Positions 12,343 through 26,300 of a stretch of DNA of 64,000 bases are shown here, in pieces. The number at the start of each line of letters is the position of its first letter. Positions within the stretch are counted from its first letter, which is position 1. A model generated the notes under the pieces. That model was not told the DNA's origin and ran no database searches. It was given only the letters and a program-made list of their open reading frames with translations. A program made the position numbers and the translations under genes. Source of the stretch: Blasia pusilla (Eukaryota); NCBI GenBank assembly GCA_050084515.1, contig CM114271.1:39990001-40054000 (forward strand). Direction: 5' to 3'.

Positions 12343-15300
12343 CTAAGCCCCCACTTTCCCTGCTGCAAGAGAAACCATCTTCCCCTCGACCACAAATCTT
12401 GAGCTCTTCTGCAACTGACATGCAGCAAGCCATACTATGTCAGACTGGGTTCACACCAATCAAAGCAATGGGGTAATCAAAGTTGGACTTGCTAGAGAGA
12501 CCAAATGCAAGGGTTAGACTGTAGACAATACCTTCTCCTTAAGGTTGGTCCATCTATCTTCAACAGATATTTGTGTTTCTCCGGAGAAAAATCCAGCAGC
12601 TATGACTCGCTTTTGCAGTCTTTTGAAAGAAAGTGTCTGAGAAGGGGCCTGAAAATTGCATAGTTCAAATCAAGCGAGGAATACCTGAGTAGAGGAATTC
12701 AAGAATACAACACGACCTAGTTTGACAAGAGCAGCTTAACAATCCAAAATCTTCAAGTGCTCCATCAAGTTTCAAAATTCTTACCACAGCAAGAAGTTCT
12801 CTGCAAAGTTTCTTCCATTGTGAAGAGCTTTCCAGCTTTCCTTCACTTGCTTCTTCCTCCACACGACTGTTCAAACTAACAACCTTCTTGCCGTCTCCAT
12901 CCTTCCGCCAGTTGTTAGACTTGGTCTCCAATGGAGGATCTTGCTCAATAATCTCAGCTTTGTCACCCATCCTGTCTGTGTCATTTTTTCTTTTACTTGA
13001 CTTGTCTGCATCACAGGCATCATTTGAAGTAGAATCCTCATGCCTGTTACTGGCCAAGTCTGTCTCACTGCCATCCTCATCTTCGTCATCACTAGAGTCA
13101 AATACTTTCTTCTGACCTTTGAAATGAGCACCCCCAACCTTTCTTGGTCGATCACCAATTCCAAGACCTTTCTTGCCAGTGGTTGCCTTGTCCTGTATAG
13201 TTTCAAAAGAGAGTTTGAGAGCCAGAGTTACAATGTAAGAGATTTGGCGACACCAGTGTGATGCTTCTTTCTGTATAATTGATTCTAATGACGTACTGCC
13301 AAGGGTGAGACTGCTGCCAACTTACTTGAACAAGATTGTACAAGTCCTCTTGGTCCTGCTCACGAAATGCAGTTCTCACTGATGGATTCGGGACTTTGGA
13401 TACTCCTGAAGTAGCTCCAAGAGATCCAGCCCTCACAAATCCATATTTGTTTCCCCACCAGTCATCTGGTAAAGGTGGAAAGGATGGGGTAGCACTCTCC
13501 CAATCGTTCTGCTGGCTTTCCTTCATAGCTTCATCTGCATTCAAGGAAGGGTCTAAACCACTTGGAAGTGCACTAGAACCATCACCTTACTACCACAGGT
13601 GAGTCACCACCAAGCCAACCAATTCACAGATTTTGGATGCACTTGAAATCTTGGACGCAGCTACACTACTGTTTTCTCCTGAAATGAATCAATGACTCTA
13701 TTATCCTACTTCCCTCGAAGGTGACTCTGTACCTTTTGACTTGCTTTTGCTCTTTGACTTCGTTGTTTTCTTCAGGTCGGGAATAATTATACATTCCACA
13801 ACTTCTGGTAAGAGTCGTTTCTTTGAGCATGAAGGATGGCTTTCATCTTTGATGGCCTCTTCTGAGCTTGTAATAGCCTTTTTAGGGATCTCTGGAACAG
13901 TCTTTCCAATGACAGCACCCTGAAAAAGTTCAAAAACACCTTTTCAGCAGAGACAGCCATGGATCAGTTTTACCACAACCAGAGTATCACAATGACTCCA
14001 TGATTCCAGCCAAACATTCAAGTGGGCAAAAATCAGAGGCTTATGCTACAAAGCTATGAAGTTGATGTCTATTTCTCATGTATGATACAGACAATTTGTC
14101 GTGAAACTGAGAGATGTTGAACAGCAAGAGAGTTTAAGCTAATGCGAGAAAGGAGAAGACTCCAGGATTCAGATGTCGAGGAGAATTACCAGGATTGCAG
14201 CAAGATCAGTTTCCGAATAACCACGAACCATCTTTCCCTGCTCTCGCTTCTTGTACCTGCCAACAAAGCCATTACATTTATTTGATGAGTGGACTGGATG
14301 CAATAGCTTCTTCTCGCTGCAAAGCTCTCAACCATGATAAGAACCATGTCCCTGTCTACCCTCCTGCCCAGCGGTAGCTTCAAGTGAAAGGGCACTCAAG
14401 GGAGTTGCTAGTAAGTAGGAGCAAAACTGACCTTCCTTGGGGACGTGACACCTTCTTGATCTTCACTTCTTCTCTGTCACTCGTCCCTTCAGTTGGACCG
14501 CTGGATTCTGGCTTAGGTGCAGAAGAGATATCATCCTCCTCCTCTTCATCTGCTGGGTTGCACTGCGAGAACTTAGCAATGGGAAATCTCTACACATAAT
14601 AAGGAGAATTGATTAGCCTAATAACATAAAGCCATGCCTGGTCACTGCCTGTCACCAAAGGAGTAAAGGACAGGTACATATTCATCCACTGCAATAAAGG
14701 TTCAAAAAAGTTCACCTTTAGATGTTTTTACTGCCACTTGCTGTTACGATCAACAAAACACGAATCGATCAGCGCGAGGGAATGACAGATGCAACCACAA
14801 TTGCCAAATAATTCCAGATAATTAATTTACTTCAAGGAAAACTTGACACGAAATTGAAACTCGTACCACATAACAAATTAATTAAAATCTCACTCAGGAA
14901 GAAAGCCCATACCACTTTCAAGTTTTTTAGAATGGTATCGTAAGCGGTAGTATTTAGCGCCCAGTTGGCTGCTGCCTTTGCTTTCTGGTCCAGACCAAGG
15001 CCTGAAATTGACACTACAGAAGCTTAGAACTTTGCTGCAGTTTACGCATTGATTTTGTAGACAGTCAGATACGACTCAGACACCTTAGAAAGCAGGTTTA
15101 CCAGACAATGTCCCCACACTTCATACCAGCATTGTCTTGCTTCTTCCTAACTCGCAGGTGCTCCTTCATACCCTGTTTGTTCTTCCCCAGACCATGACCT
15201 TCTTCCCAGCCCTGCAATCCACAAAAAGAATCCAAAGGTACTTAGACTCGCCAAATCACTGGCACTGCTATCACATGTCGTATAATCGTGCATGAATGGA

Positions 15301-15510
15301 CCTTGACTATGAATATCTATAGAAACACGTTAAACAAAGCTTCGAAGCAACTTGTAATTGCATTATACGCCGACCGCTGCGGACCCGACGACGTAAAAAG
15401 CTACACAATACGAGTCGATGCTAAGGAGAATTTACCATTTGTTGCATGAGGCGGAAGGCCGCGGACGTTTTGGCTACTCCCTGAAACATAACAGACGCTT
15501 CGGACTCCAT
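12343..15510 (-). CDS. G-patch domain protein (GPATCH4/PinX1-like; plant GDP1-like), ~10 exons
   Basis: Spliced translation with GT-AG boundaries: MESEASVMFQGVAKTSAAFRLMQQM|GWEEGHGLGKNKQGMKEHLRV..|GLGLDQ..NWALNTTAYDTILKNLKV|..RPQGR|YKKREQGK..|..WWGNKYGFVRAGSLGA..FREQDQEDLYNLVQ|DKATTGKKGLG..WKKLCRELL..|..SSRFVVEGKMVSL. Stop codon at 12343-12345. Confidence 0.88.
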
Positions 15511-18500
15511 CTCTCCGAATCAACCCCTACCGAAACGAGATTCCACGATTCAAAGCTCACAAGGATGGTGATTCCGGGAATACAGACCCGAAAAGTGGCG
15601 TTACCATCCAATGCCAGCTGAAACTCTCTCCAAAATGCTGAAAATTGATTGAAGATTCCGCTTGGCTCGCTGAGACGAAAACGCATGTAGCGTGCCTCAT
15701 GCCACACTGCCTGGGGGACAATCTTTGCACCTATCGCCTGGAGGTCTTCGGAGCGGAGCTGCCACTCCGCAGCCTGCGAAGAACCTCTAGAGAAATGATC
15801 CATTTTGCAAGCGTATCTATTAGGGTTTACGGTACCCTCTGAATTTCTGAAAGGAATTAGAACCCTACTTCGCAGTTGGGACGTCTACCACGGTTCACCA
15901 CGTCCGAGGCAAGTGCTGCGCCTTCGCGGTTAGGTGGTTGTGCATCCAATGCAAAACGCCCGTATTTTAGTGCATCCTACCCACCCAGTGTTATAAAGCT
16001 TTTCTAGTATATTCAAAATTATACATAAAAAAACGAAAACCACTACGTGAGAAAGTTATTATAAAATAGTGTGCGGCCTAGAATGGTTAAAGAGAAGAGT
16101 GTGCGGCCTCGAATTTTCATAAAAGTAAATCGTGTTGGGGATGAGTAAAAAAAGAGTGCATATTTAGGTTTATCAGATCTTACATGTAGGCATAAAGGTG
16201 GGCAAGTAAAACGGCCATGTCTTAGGTTTCTAGGATGTTGAAAATAGAGAGGTAGGTCTTAGGTAAAATCAATGGTATCTAATCACTTAATCAATTGAGA
16301 TGAATTCTTGTCTGATATAAAAGATTGAGTAATTCAGGGCTGGTTGTGGTTTGCTTATAGCGGGGAGTATGAAGCTGGTGAAAGTATACATATGGTTGCT
16401 TTGAAGACTATCGATACATCTGAGCGAGCCAATGAAGGAGTGAAATACATTATGAATGATGACTTAGAATATTTTGAACGAATTACTTGCTGATGTGGAA
16501 TTATGTTGCAGTTCTTTGAACATTTATAGTGGGTCCGAAATGAATTGTCGACTTAGTAGAATCTAAAATACCAATGAACTGTTTTGGAGGAAGCTGATGA
16601 ATATCAAACCACAACAGCATAAGGCAAGTTACTATTGTAGATGCCGAATGAACATGTGTTACTAAATGAGGTCGTTGTGTTCGGTTCAATTAGTTGCACA
16701 TATGAAATGGGAGTATCCAACAATGTAGATGGCAATGGTAAGGTGGAAAGTATGTACAGAAAAATCATGGGCCTAATCAAGCAGTAGAATGGAGCAAGTT
16801 TGATCAAATTTAAGAACATAGAGACTTCATGGATTGTGAAGCAAGATGGTTACAAAATAGATGGCATCTGCCATGCTGAAAAGACAAGTAGCGCAGGTGC
16901 GTCAAGCACTAGTAGAGGCTAAGTAGTGCATATGGCGTAAGGGAAAATCGTTGTAGAAGTAACGTGCATTGACATCTCCTAGAAGGAAATGTACTCTCCA
17001 GAAGAGAGGTACTACATGACTACCATGAAATACACATGAACTAGGATCTAAGAAGAGACTGAATTATGGAAGCCTGTAAGGAAAGCTTAGGATCTTTGTC
17101 AATGTGATGCTGCACATCATTCCAGAAGTCCTTGAAATGAGTTCTTGCATCTTTGAGTTGCTGCCTCATATCATGAAGTCCAACTGCAGTTGAATATTGT
17201 ACATCCTGCTGAAGTTGTAAAACATCAACAAGGCAAGCTATCTCCGTATTAAGACGTAGGGAGTGCTTCTCAGCCTCGTCCAACCTTTGACAGATAGAGT
17301 CGTATATGCTGGAAAACTCATCCTGGTCATCAATATCCCAATTGGTAGAATCACATGTGTAGCCTTGCTGGAAATTGTGACAGTCCTTATCAGTGGTCAA
17401 GCCTGTGACACCAATGAACATGATATGGAAAGCAAGAATTAATATGCATGTGCAGATGAAAGTCATAAGAATGAAAGGGCAAACCGAGAACATTAAAACT
17501 ATTGGCAATAGATAGCAGAAAATGGAAGAAGAATAAATTAGTAACTTCAAATATGTGAAGGTTGTGGATAAAGTGGTGGAGATTATAAGTAACATATTTG
17601 TGAAGCATAAGCATTAAAGTAGAGAGCTAGTGGAAATCATCCAAGGATAAAATAAATGTGAAGCGAAATAACCTTCAGCTTAGCAACAGTAAGAATATCA
17701 GATCCTTGACTGGATAAACTAAACTCAATAGTATAAGAGAATAGTGGTAGGCATATAAGATGTGGTGAAATACAAATGGAGGACAACTCCATGAAATTAT
17801 ATTATAGATTTAATGTTGAGCATTCATCGCTACATATGTAATGTAAATGTGGAAAATTTAGACCTGAAGATGTGGATATCCAAAACAATATATCCATGAG
17901 GAAAATGAGAACCAAAATGTAGATGAGATCAATTCAGTCTCTAAATCATCTTAGAATGTAGCAAAAAAGACCAGTTCATGATAACAAGGCGTTGTTACAC
18001 GTACATTTGCAGTCAACCCAATGGAAATCTAGAGATCAACGGAAGTGCATTAAGTACAGCAAAGGAAATTTATACTACACAAATAAGAAATAAATGAAGT
18101 GGAAATGAACAAGTAAAAGTGGAGAAACATAATTGTATTACAATCTATTCTGATTAAATAGGAGGTCCTAAGATCCTAGGTAGCAAAGAATGCAATCTAA
18201 ACTCACTAGGAGAGTGATGCCGATGGCTAGGTGCATTTCCTCTTGCTTGGAGACTGCAAGGTGGAATTGAACTCCCTGGATTGGGGCTAAAGAGTACTGT
18301 TAATGGCTTCATGAACATTCTTAATGTGGGAATTGGTAGAATTGACTTTAGGATCTGAAGGCAAAATTATAACATCATCAAAATCAGGAAGCTAGCCATT
18401 TTCCTTTGTTGTTTTCATCCTATCTATGAGATGAGTAGCCTTAGTGGAAGTAAGGTCCAACAACATGTTCAAGGGTAGATGCATTTGGTGCCTTAAGACT

Positions 18501-19236
18501 CAGAGCTGATCCAATCTAATACCACCAGATAAGGTTGAAGAGCCTAGCAGCGTCTTTCCTTGTCAAAGTTGTTTCTTTGAAGTCAACCTTCTTATATTTG
18601 AGGACCTCTTTCTGGATTCCTGAGGAGATCAAATGAATAAATCAGTGCCAATTCCAAAGAGAAGGAGAAGCAAAAGACTAACGGAAGATGCAATTGAAAA
18701 GATCTGATATTTGTACCTGATGTTGGCGCATCCTTGTTTAAGCGCCTGAATTTAGCATCCCATAGCTGGCCCTCACCTATGAGACTCTGGATCTGCCTCC
18801 CTGTAACATCGTGTTCCCAAAATGCAGGAACCATGCCTAGGTTGTCCATGTATTTTATCTGATTATCTGTGGGGAATAGGAACCTGGGCTTGAATTCTTC
18901 AGGCTGGGAATGGATGTCTAATAAGATCATACTAGCAAAGTTCACGTAGCTTGTGGGCACATGTGGTCCATTAGTTAGATAGAGAAAAATAAGACAACTG
19001 AAAAAATGAGAGAAGTTAGATATAGAGAGTAACCTGCATTGCTGCCTGATAGGGAGTGTGGTTATGTCGCTGAGATTGAATGTCAGGTGCATTGCTGGTA
19101 TTTGGTTCATGCTCATACAAATTCAACTACTCACTCTGCTGCAATGTAGGGATAGAGCAGACATTACGACCCCTGGTTGAGTTTGCCCTTGCCGATATGC
19201 TTATATGAAGACTGCCAGAAATATATGAATGCAGAG

Positions 19237-20470
19237 CTAGGAAACATTAGTAATGCCTTGGCCAAGTACCACGAAGTCTTCAGATTTGAATGAACCTAGT
19301 ATCCGGAATTGATCCCTACTTCTAACTCTAGATAGCATCACATAGGCCAGTCCCATCGCAAATATTGACTGGACAACAAGTAAGCAGGGACCTTCCACTG
19401 TGGAACCTTGACTTTTGTGGGCACTCATGGCATATCCCAGTACAAGTGGAAAAGATCTCTTGGTATACTTATGATGCGAGTCATACCTGAGAGTAGAGAA
19501 ATTGGTCCTACCGATCTTAATTGATTGGCCATTAGATTGAAGAGTAACAACAATGTAAACTAACTCAACGTCTTAAAAAATAAGATGAAATAGTGTTCCC
19601 AAAGATCCATTGGCTGCTTGGCACTTTAAATTAATGTTAGATGTAATCATAACACGACATTGGAGACCAATGAATGGAAACTGGTGGAAAGATTCATCGT
19701 TTAACCATACCTCAAATTATGGGCATGAAGGAGCATGTGTAATAATATTGACCTTAAAAATATAAGCATCTCCAAATATTCTTCGAAGAGATAGAAGGTT
19801 AAACATGGCAACATATTCACAATGAATACAAATGATGGTTGTGTCAGACGAGATGAAATCTATAGCATCATCCTCAGATACAAAGCAAGATCCTAGACTC
19901 TCATTAATCTGATCTTGTGTGGGAAGACCAGATCTAATAGATGTCAGGAATTGATTGTAGAGAGGATCACTGGAGTGACGCACAGTTGTAATCAGCTCAA
20001 AGGAGAGCACATTTTCCAGGAAAGTAGAGGAAGTAATATGACAAGCACGGAAAAATCTGGAAAATTTATGGCTGCAAACAGGTGGGAGCCGGCACAAGTT
20101 TCCTACAAGGAATAGCAACTTCCCACCAAGCACATTCTGGCTACTGCATTTGTTACTTCATTTATACGCATTACTATTATCTGCAAGAGCTTTGTCGTTA
20201 GCATGGAAAATTCATCGACAACAATAACTTGGGCAGCCTTAAGTCTCATAGAGGAATCTGAAGTAGCATGCAATGTTGGCATATCACCACGAATAGGGAT
20301 GCTGAAAGCATAATGAACTGTAATTGCTTCCTGATGAAGTCGTATAGTAGCAATATCTCTTGTTGCAATGAGTAGAGTTGTCATAGCTCAACATTTCCAA
20401 TAATTATACATGAATTTCACGAAGAAGGACTTACCACAACCATGAGCTCCTTTGAGGAGCACTAAGCCAG
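19237..20470 (-). pseudogene. PIF1-like SF1 helicase domain of the Helitron RepHel (frameshifted)
   Basis: Motifs in order across several frames: GAHGCGKS (Walker A, ~20430-20450), VIVVDEFSML, GGKLLFLVGNLCRLPPV, LITTVRH, FPLVLGYAMSAHKSQGST and GLAYVMLSRV. Confidence 0.9.
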
Positions 20471-20811
20471 ATTTCAGGCTCGTGAGTTTGGCAAATAAGA
20501 GCCTCTGCTCAGAATTTAACATTGCTTCATTTGGCTCATTGATCAAACTTTCTTCATATTAATGAGTAATTTCACTAGGTGAGGAGTCCAATGTAATAAA
20601 AGGACGCATATCCACGTCCAACTCAGGCTGAAGGATGCTAGTTATCTTAGCAAGTATTTATGCCTCATGAACTTAACTCCACAAATTTCTAACGGCATGG
20701 AGTTTTATTAGAGCATGGATGTCCGTCATATTGTGGATAATATTTCTATAAACACATTCATGAAGATAAGTCCATTCCTTTACTTGGAAGGACATGAGGG
20801 TTTCCTCAGAT

Positions 20812-23345
20812 CTAAAAGGCAATTTTTTCAAGAAGTACTAGATAGAAGAACTCATTCCACTGATGAAGTGGAAGGAATTCAGTAAATCTCACAATACGGT
20901 TAGTTCTACTAACAATATTATCCAATCTATCTAAACCAAAAACTTTATCACTTGGGCATCTCGGATAGGCTTTCAAAATTTCATGGCTAGACCAATAGGC
21001 AATGAATGATAAGGTACCAAGACTTGAGGGCCTATTTGCATATACAATAGTGGGATGAATACATGGTATGGACGCAGATTTATACTGATAAGTCCTCCTA
21101 GAGGGGGGGTTGGAATCAATGTAGTGGACAGCCTGAGACCTATAAATAATTGGAATATGGAGGGAAGTTAGTGCAACCGCAGTTGAGGACATAGACCTAT
21201 TTAAGACCACACCAGAAACAAGACGTAATTTAATGTCATCTAGTCCACCAAGTCCAAGACATTTAGTGAATTCAGTATCAATATCTAATGACCCAGTAGG
21301 ATCTGACTTTAAAGCATACTTTAGCAAATAGAAGGACCACTTAGCATTTGTCACCCTTTGGATATTCATGTGAGCTCCTCAGTAATAGGATGAGGGGATG
21401 GTAAGGAATGACATTTATGTGCTCAACTGAGGGCCTAAAGTAGTTCCATTTTATTGAACATGGATCAATGAATGGCTGAGGTTCAGTGTTTATATCGTCG
21501 GGAAAGCCAAGGTGGATAATGGCTTCTGTAATCGCTTCCTAACTATGCAAGCCCCCTTATTGCACTTGTGTAACTGTTTATGAAGCACTAAATCTAGTAG
21601 GAGATTAGTTTGACTCAAGGATGGTTGAGAATGGGCCAAATGTATGCTTGGGTCAACAGATGGGATGTATGAACATATTTCTGATGAAACACTATCAAGA
21701 TCACTAGAATCAATCCATAATATCATGTGACAATGCAAGCTTCCTCTGCCTTGTAGCTCATAACGAAGCAAATAATCCATAACTCTCCCTAATATACGGG
21801 GACCTAAAAATATGTATGAAGACAGGAAAGAGTGAATTTGGGTATGGAATAATTGTGCAAACTAGGCTGGAACATCACGCCAAGTAAATTTGGGGTTAAA
21901 CTTCAAAAGGATAGACTCTATGTTGGCAAATTCAGTCCATCTTGTGGCAGATATTTCATCTGAAGTAAGAGTTAGGAATAAATGTGGCATACCCCATTTG
22001 TGCACCATAGCTTTTAAGTCTTTCAAATGTCGTCTATGCCAAGCAGGCTTCCTGGTATCTAAGGGTTAACTGAATACTTGGATAGATGTTGATACAAGCA
22101 GGCATCACTTAAGTGTGGTTTATCTCTACCGAGACGGTCTAGTTCTTTATTAAGAATGAATGTCTTTGAAGTAGAGTATAATGCAATAGACTGCCGTAGC
22201 TGGTACATTAGTAAAGTATAAGGTTGATATAAAGAGAATGGACAAAAGAGCTGACAGGTCCGTGCACAAATGTAGTCAGAGAATGTAGAAGTGCCGTGAA
22301 AATAGCCACGATGAAATGGAAACAAAAAGGGGAATGACGCAATTTGTAAAGTCAACTTGGGATCTATCGATGTACCATATACATCAGTTAGAAGTTTGTC
22401 ACGGGAAAATGCATTTGCCCTTAGAGAGATACTACCATTATCAAATATGTCAATTGATATTCGTCTTTGAACAGGCAAGGAGTAGGCAATATCATGGAGG
22501 ATATTAAGGTCGGGATGGTAAGGATCGTGGTTCATGCTATGTGTAACTTGTCCTTTATCCTTGGAAGCTTTAATTATCCTTTGCACTGATGATTGGGGCA
22601 GAATGACTATGCCAGATGTGAGGATTAGGTAACTCTATAAGGGCCTTGTAGTCTCTATACAATAGATTTATTTCAAGGTTGATTCTCATCAGCTCCTGGA
22701 TATTACTTGGAATTCGGGATTCTCCTAGATTGTCATTTGGGTAGAGGTTGAATCCAATGAAGGGTGAATCTAAAAGAGATGTGATTGAAAAAAAATCCCC
22801 TATGGAAGCCATTAACTCTACCCCTAATCTAGAGTCTACTATTGAAAGTAGTTGCAACTGAAGCGGTTCTATAGCAAGCAACAACCTGATGTAAGTAGGA
22901 GTCATGTAAACATTAATATGTGTGCGAGGTCCATTTGAGATAAAAATATCACATACATGGAACTGGCTAGACGAGGTACTATGTAATCTCTCAAGAATCC
23001 ATTGCATAATGCATATGATGGATTGGTTGGGTCTTCAACAACGCACATTTTGGTTCGAGGATTGGCAAATTGTACAGTTCCACAATAGCCGCAACATTGC
23101 ATATCCTTGATGGTTGACAAGCATATTGCACACCACCTACGAAGGTAGGAGTCAACGCATAACCAATCCATGCAATGAGGTCTAAAACTAATCTTTTTCA
23201 GATGTGTAAGTTTGGCATGAGCATGTTCTCGGAGTTTTGCTAATCTTGCTTTAGTAAGGATTCTTCTTCTATGACCTTTATTTGAGCCTGAACTTTGAAT
23301 TTGAGCTGGTTCTCTTTCCATGAGGAAAAGTACTAGATTGGTCAC
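20812..23345 (-). pseudogene. HUH Rep domain of the Helitron RepHel (frameshifted, with stops)
   Basis: FPFLFPFHRG, GMPHLFLTLT (motif 1), RYELQGRGSLHCHMILWI (HUH motif 2), HKQLHKC and YLLKYALK (catalytic Y..Y motif 3). An N-terminal Cys cluster (CAIC..CCGYCG) is also present. Confidence 0.88.
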
Positions 23346-26300
23346 CTTATATGTGAAAACTACAAGTAGACTAGTATGAGTCCACTTAGGAACAATTGAT
23401 ATTATTCGTTGATCTGGGAAACCCTAAAATGTACCTGAAGGTGAGCAAGTAGGAGAGTTCACACCATCAGATGAGGACACAGAAAGTGGTACAAGAAAAG
23501 AATAAGATTTGAGATTGGATAGCAATAAGATGACAAATCAATGTAATAGAAGAGGAAAATGCAGAGTAAAATGCATGATAGACAGAAATATGCTAGAGAC
23601 TTTGTCCAGATGATTGCCTGTCTTAGAGATGACCAGTTGTGAACGTGGGTGTATTTCACGTATGCAAGCTTTATCTGCACAGAAGTTTACAACTATGAGA
23701 TCTTAGTTAGGATCCTCCCACAACTTTTTAATAGTGCTTCCCAGAGAGGTAGCATCACTCCCATACCACCTCTCTCTCAGCCTGAGTTAGAAACTTGAGA
23801 TTGTACCCTAAACTTAGACAATCCTAAAGTGCATGTCATGGTTAGATGGTAGGAGAGGCCACAACATCAAATGAGGACATAGAAGCTAGATATAAGAAGA
23901 GAATAACGTTTGGAATGGCATTGTGGACAACACTAAGATGAGGAATCCAAATAACATAACGACAAAATATATTGAAGGATATGTGACAAAGCTAGGATAT
24001 GCTAGTGACCTTGTTTCTTAGGAGACGACCAGTGGTGAATGTGGATCAATCCAGTTATGTGAGCCTTACTTGCATAGAAGCTTGCAAGGACAAGATTATC
24101 GTTAGACTCAAGTGGTGATAGTCTGCACTAACTGGATGCAAATGTTGAGAGACAAACTATCATTACCATGTAATCAATATGTAACTGGAGTTATGCTTTT
24201 TTCCATAAACTACCGACCCATTTTCACACATAACCATGTATCAGGTCCAAATAGGCAGACTTCACCTCTAAAGACTCATGTGAAACCATCTCGATGCATG
24301 TATTGCATTGCTAGAGGGTCCCTCTCCCTTAAGAAGGGTTTGGCATGTTCAGGCGATGCACACATCAGCTCTGACCACTTCCCTCTCACCCATCATTGAA
24401 TGCTTCGGAAGCTTCATCTCCTCGAATATCATGGAAGTTGGAACTGGAAAAGAATTGTTGAGGAAAGGTACAACAAAGTACGAGTTCAAAGTGACGAGTG
24501 GATGCCTCTTTTTTTTAGTGAAATCTTTGCACCTTGTAGAAACTGAAAGTGCCACATCTGTTAAATAATGAATTTTATTGTTCCTGCGCGATGCTGCTTG
24601 TCGAGACGCCATTTTATGTGGATTTGTTGGGCATGATCTGAGACTAGCTTGTACCTTATTCTGATGAGTGTTGAACCTCTATTTTTGTTTGGTAATCTAT
24701 TGTGCTTCTTGGTTACACAATACATCTGTAGGAGGTGTGTTGAGCCTTAGAGAAATCTAGGAAGATTACATCATAACAACCTCCTTGGTTGATGAAATTT
24801 CAGTCACTGAAGTCGAGGGTCTTAATCAATCTGTCTGTAAACTTCCTCATATGGACGTGGAGGTAGATAGAGACAATCTTGAACCCCTTCAAGGTGAGGT
24901 GGAATATAGGATTCTGCGCTATGGTAGAGAAGAGCTAATGTCGATATGTGAGGAGTGCGATTTATAATTCAGAGGATTAGTGGAGTCACAGAATCCACTG
25001 CAAGACCCACAACAACAACAAAGCGTAGTCATGAAGTCAGAGAGGAGGCAAGAGTGCAAGAGACGAGCAAGAGTGAGTCGACCATCTCATCTCTTCTTGC
25101 TGGCCCCACTTGTGACCCAACTGGGGTCAAGGATGTGAGCTCGTAAAGAGAACGCGAAAGCAATTCTGATGTGTTATTTAAAGTCTTTCTTCTGCTAAAA
25201 TCTCCTATGGTGTGCAACAATTAAGCCCCCCCCCCTCTTCTCCTCCACGAGGCGACGCTTTTCCGTGGTCAAGGATAAAAAAAGAAAAGTGCGCCACTTT
25301 GAATTCTCTAATCTGCCTGATTTATGGCAACTTGACTTGCAATATGTTCAGCTAGAGTCCTCCTATACTATCATCACTCGAGTTCATTATCTAATAAGCT
25401 AAAAGCGGATCTATGATAGAACGGGATGTATCTGAGTCAGTTAAAACACGCTTGTGGTGTAGTTTGCGCGATTGGAGGCGGTTGATGTTGACGACGACTT
25501 GAAAACATTGAAGCAGGGAGGAGGAAGAATTTGAAGAGAATGATCAGCAATCAAGTGACTGACCTGAACCCATGTAAATCATTTTTGGCGCTACAGAGAA
25601 TGCTCCTACAAATTGCGAAGAAAAAGGTAGAAAATCAGCTCACGTTATGTCCTATCCCGACAATAAGAACAATGGAAATTAGGAGGTGAACAAGGCAGCA
25701 ATAGAGGCAGATGCGAAAACGAGCAGCAAGGAAGTGTCGACTTGAACCGACGTAAATTCTTCCCAGCCGCCGCTGAGGAAGCTCCTACAATATGCAAAAA
25801 TTGGCAGACAACAACTCACTGAGTGCCCTTGGGCGAGAGTAAGAACAACAAAAAGTAGAAGGTGAATGATCAATGGAGCTCACGCGACGCTGAGAATGCA
25901 AGGAAGCCATAGGAAGATACCAGGGAAGATAGGGAGATGGCATGAGAAGACTACAAACAAACCTGGGAGTGAAAGGGCGCACGAGAGTGAAAGGAGATGG
26001 AAAAGAAAAACGTGGGAATATAGAGCGAGCGTAACAATTTCGTGCATCAGACTTGAACTTTTGAATATGCTGCCTTTGCCATACTCACACGAATTTCTTT
26101 ATAAGGATCCATGTGCTTAGCGTCTCGCACCAAGGCATGGTACTCCTCATAGCATCCTCCACGCAGAATCGTATGAGCAATACGAGGAGATTTCAATGAA
26201 TGGCCGCCATCGTCTACTCGGGCACGAGACCGATCCATGGCTCACCCTAGGATACTACGAGCACGAGGCGCATCCCTCCCTAGGACGCTCGATAGTGCGG

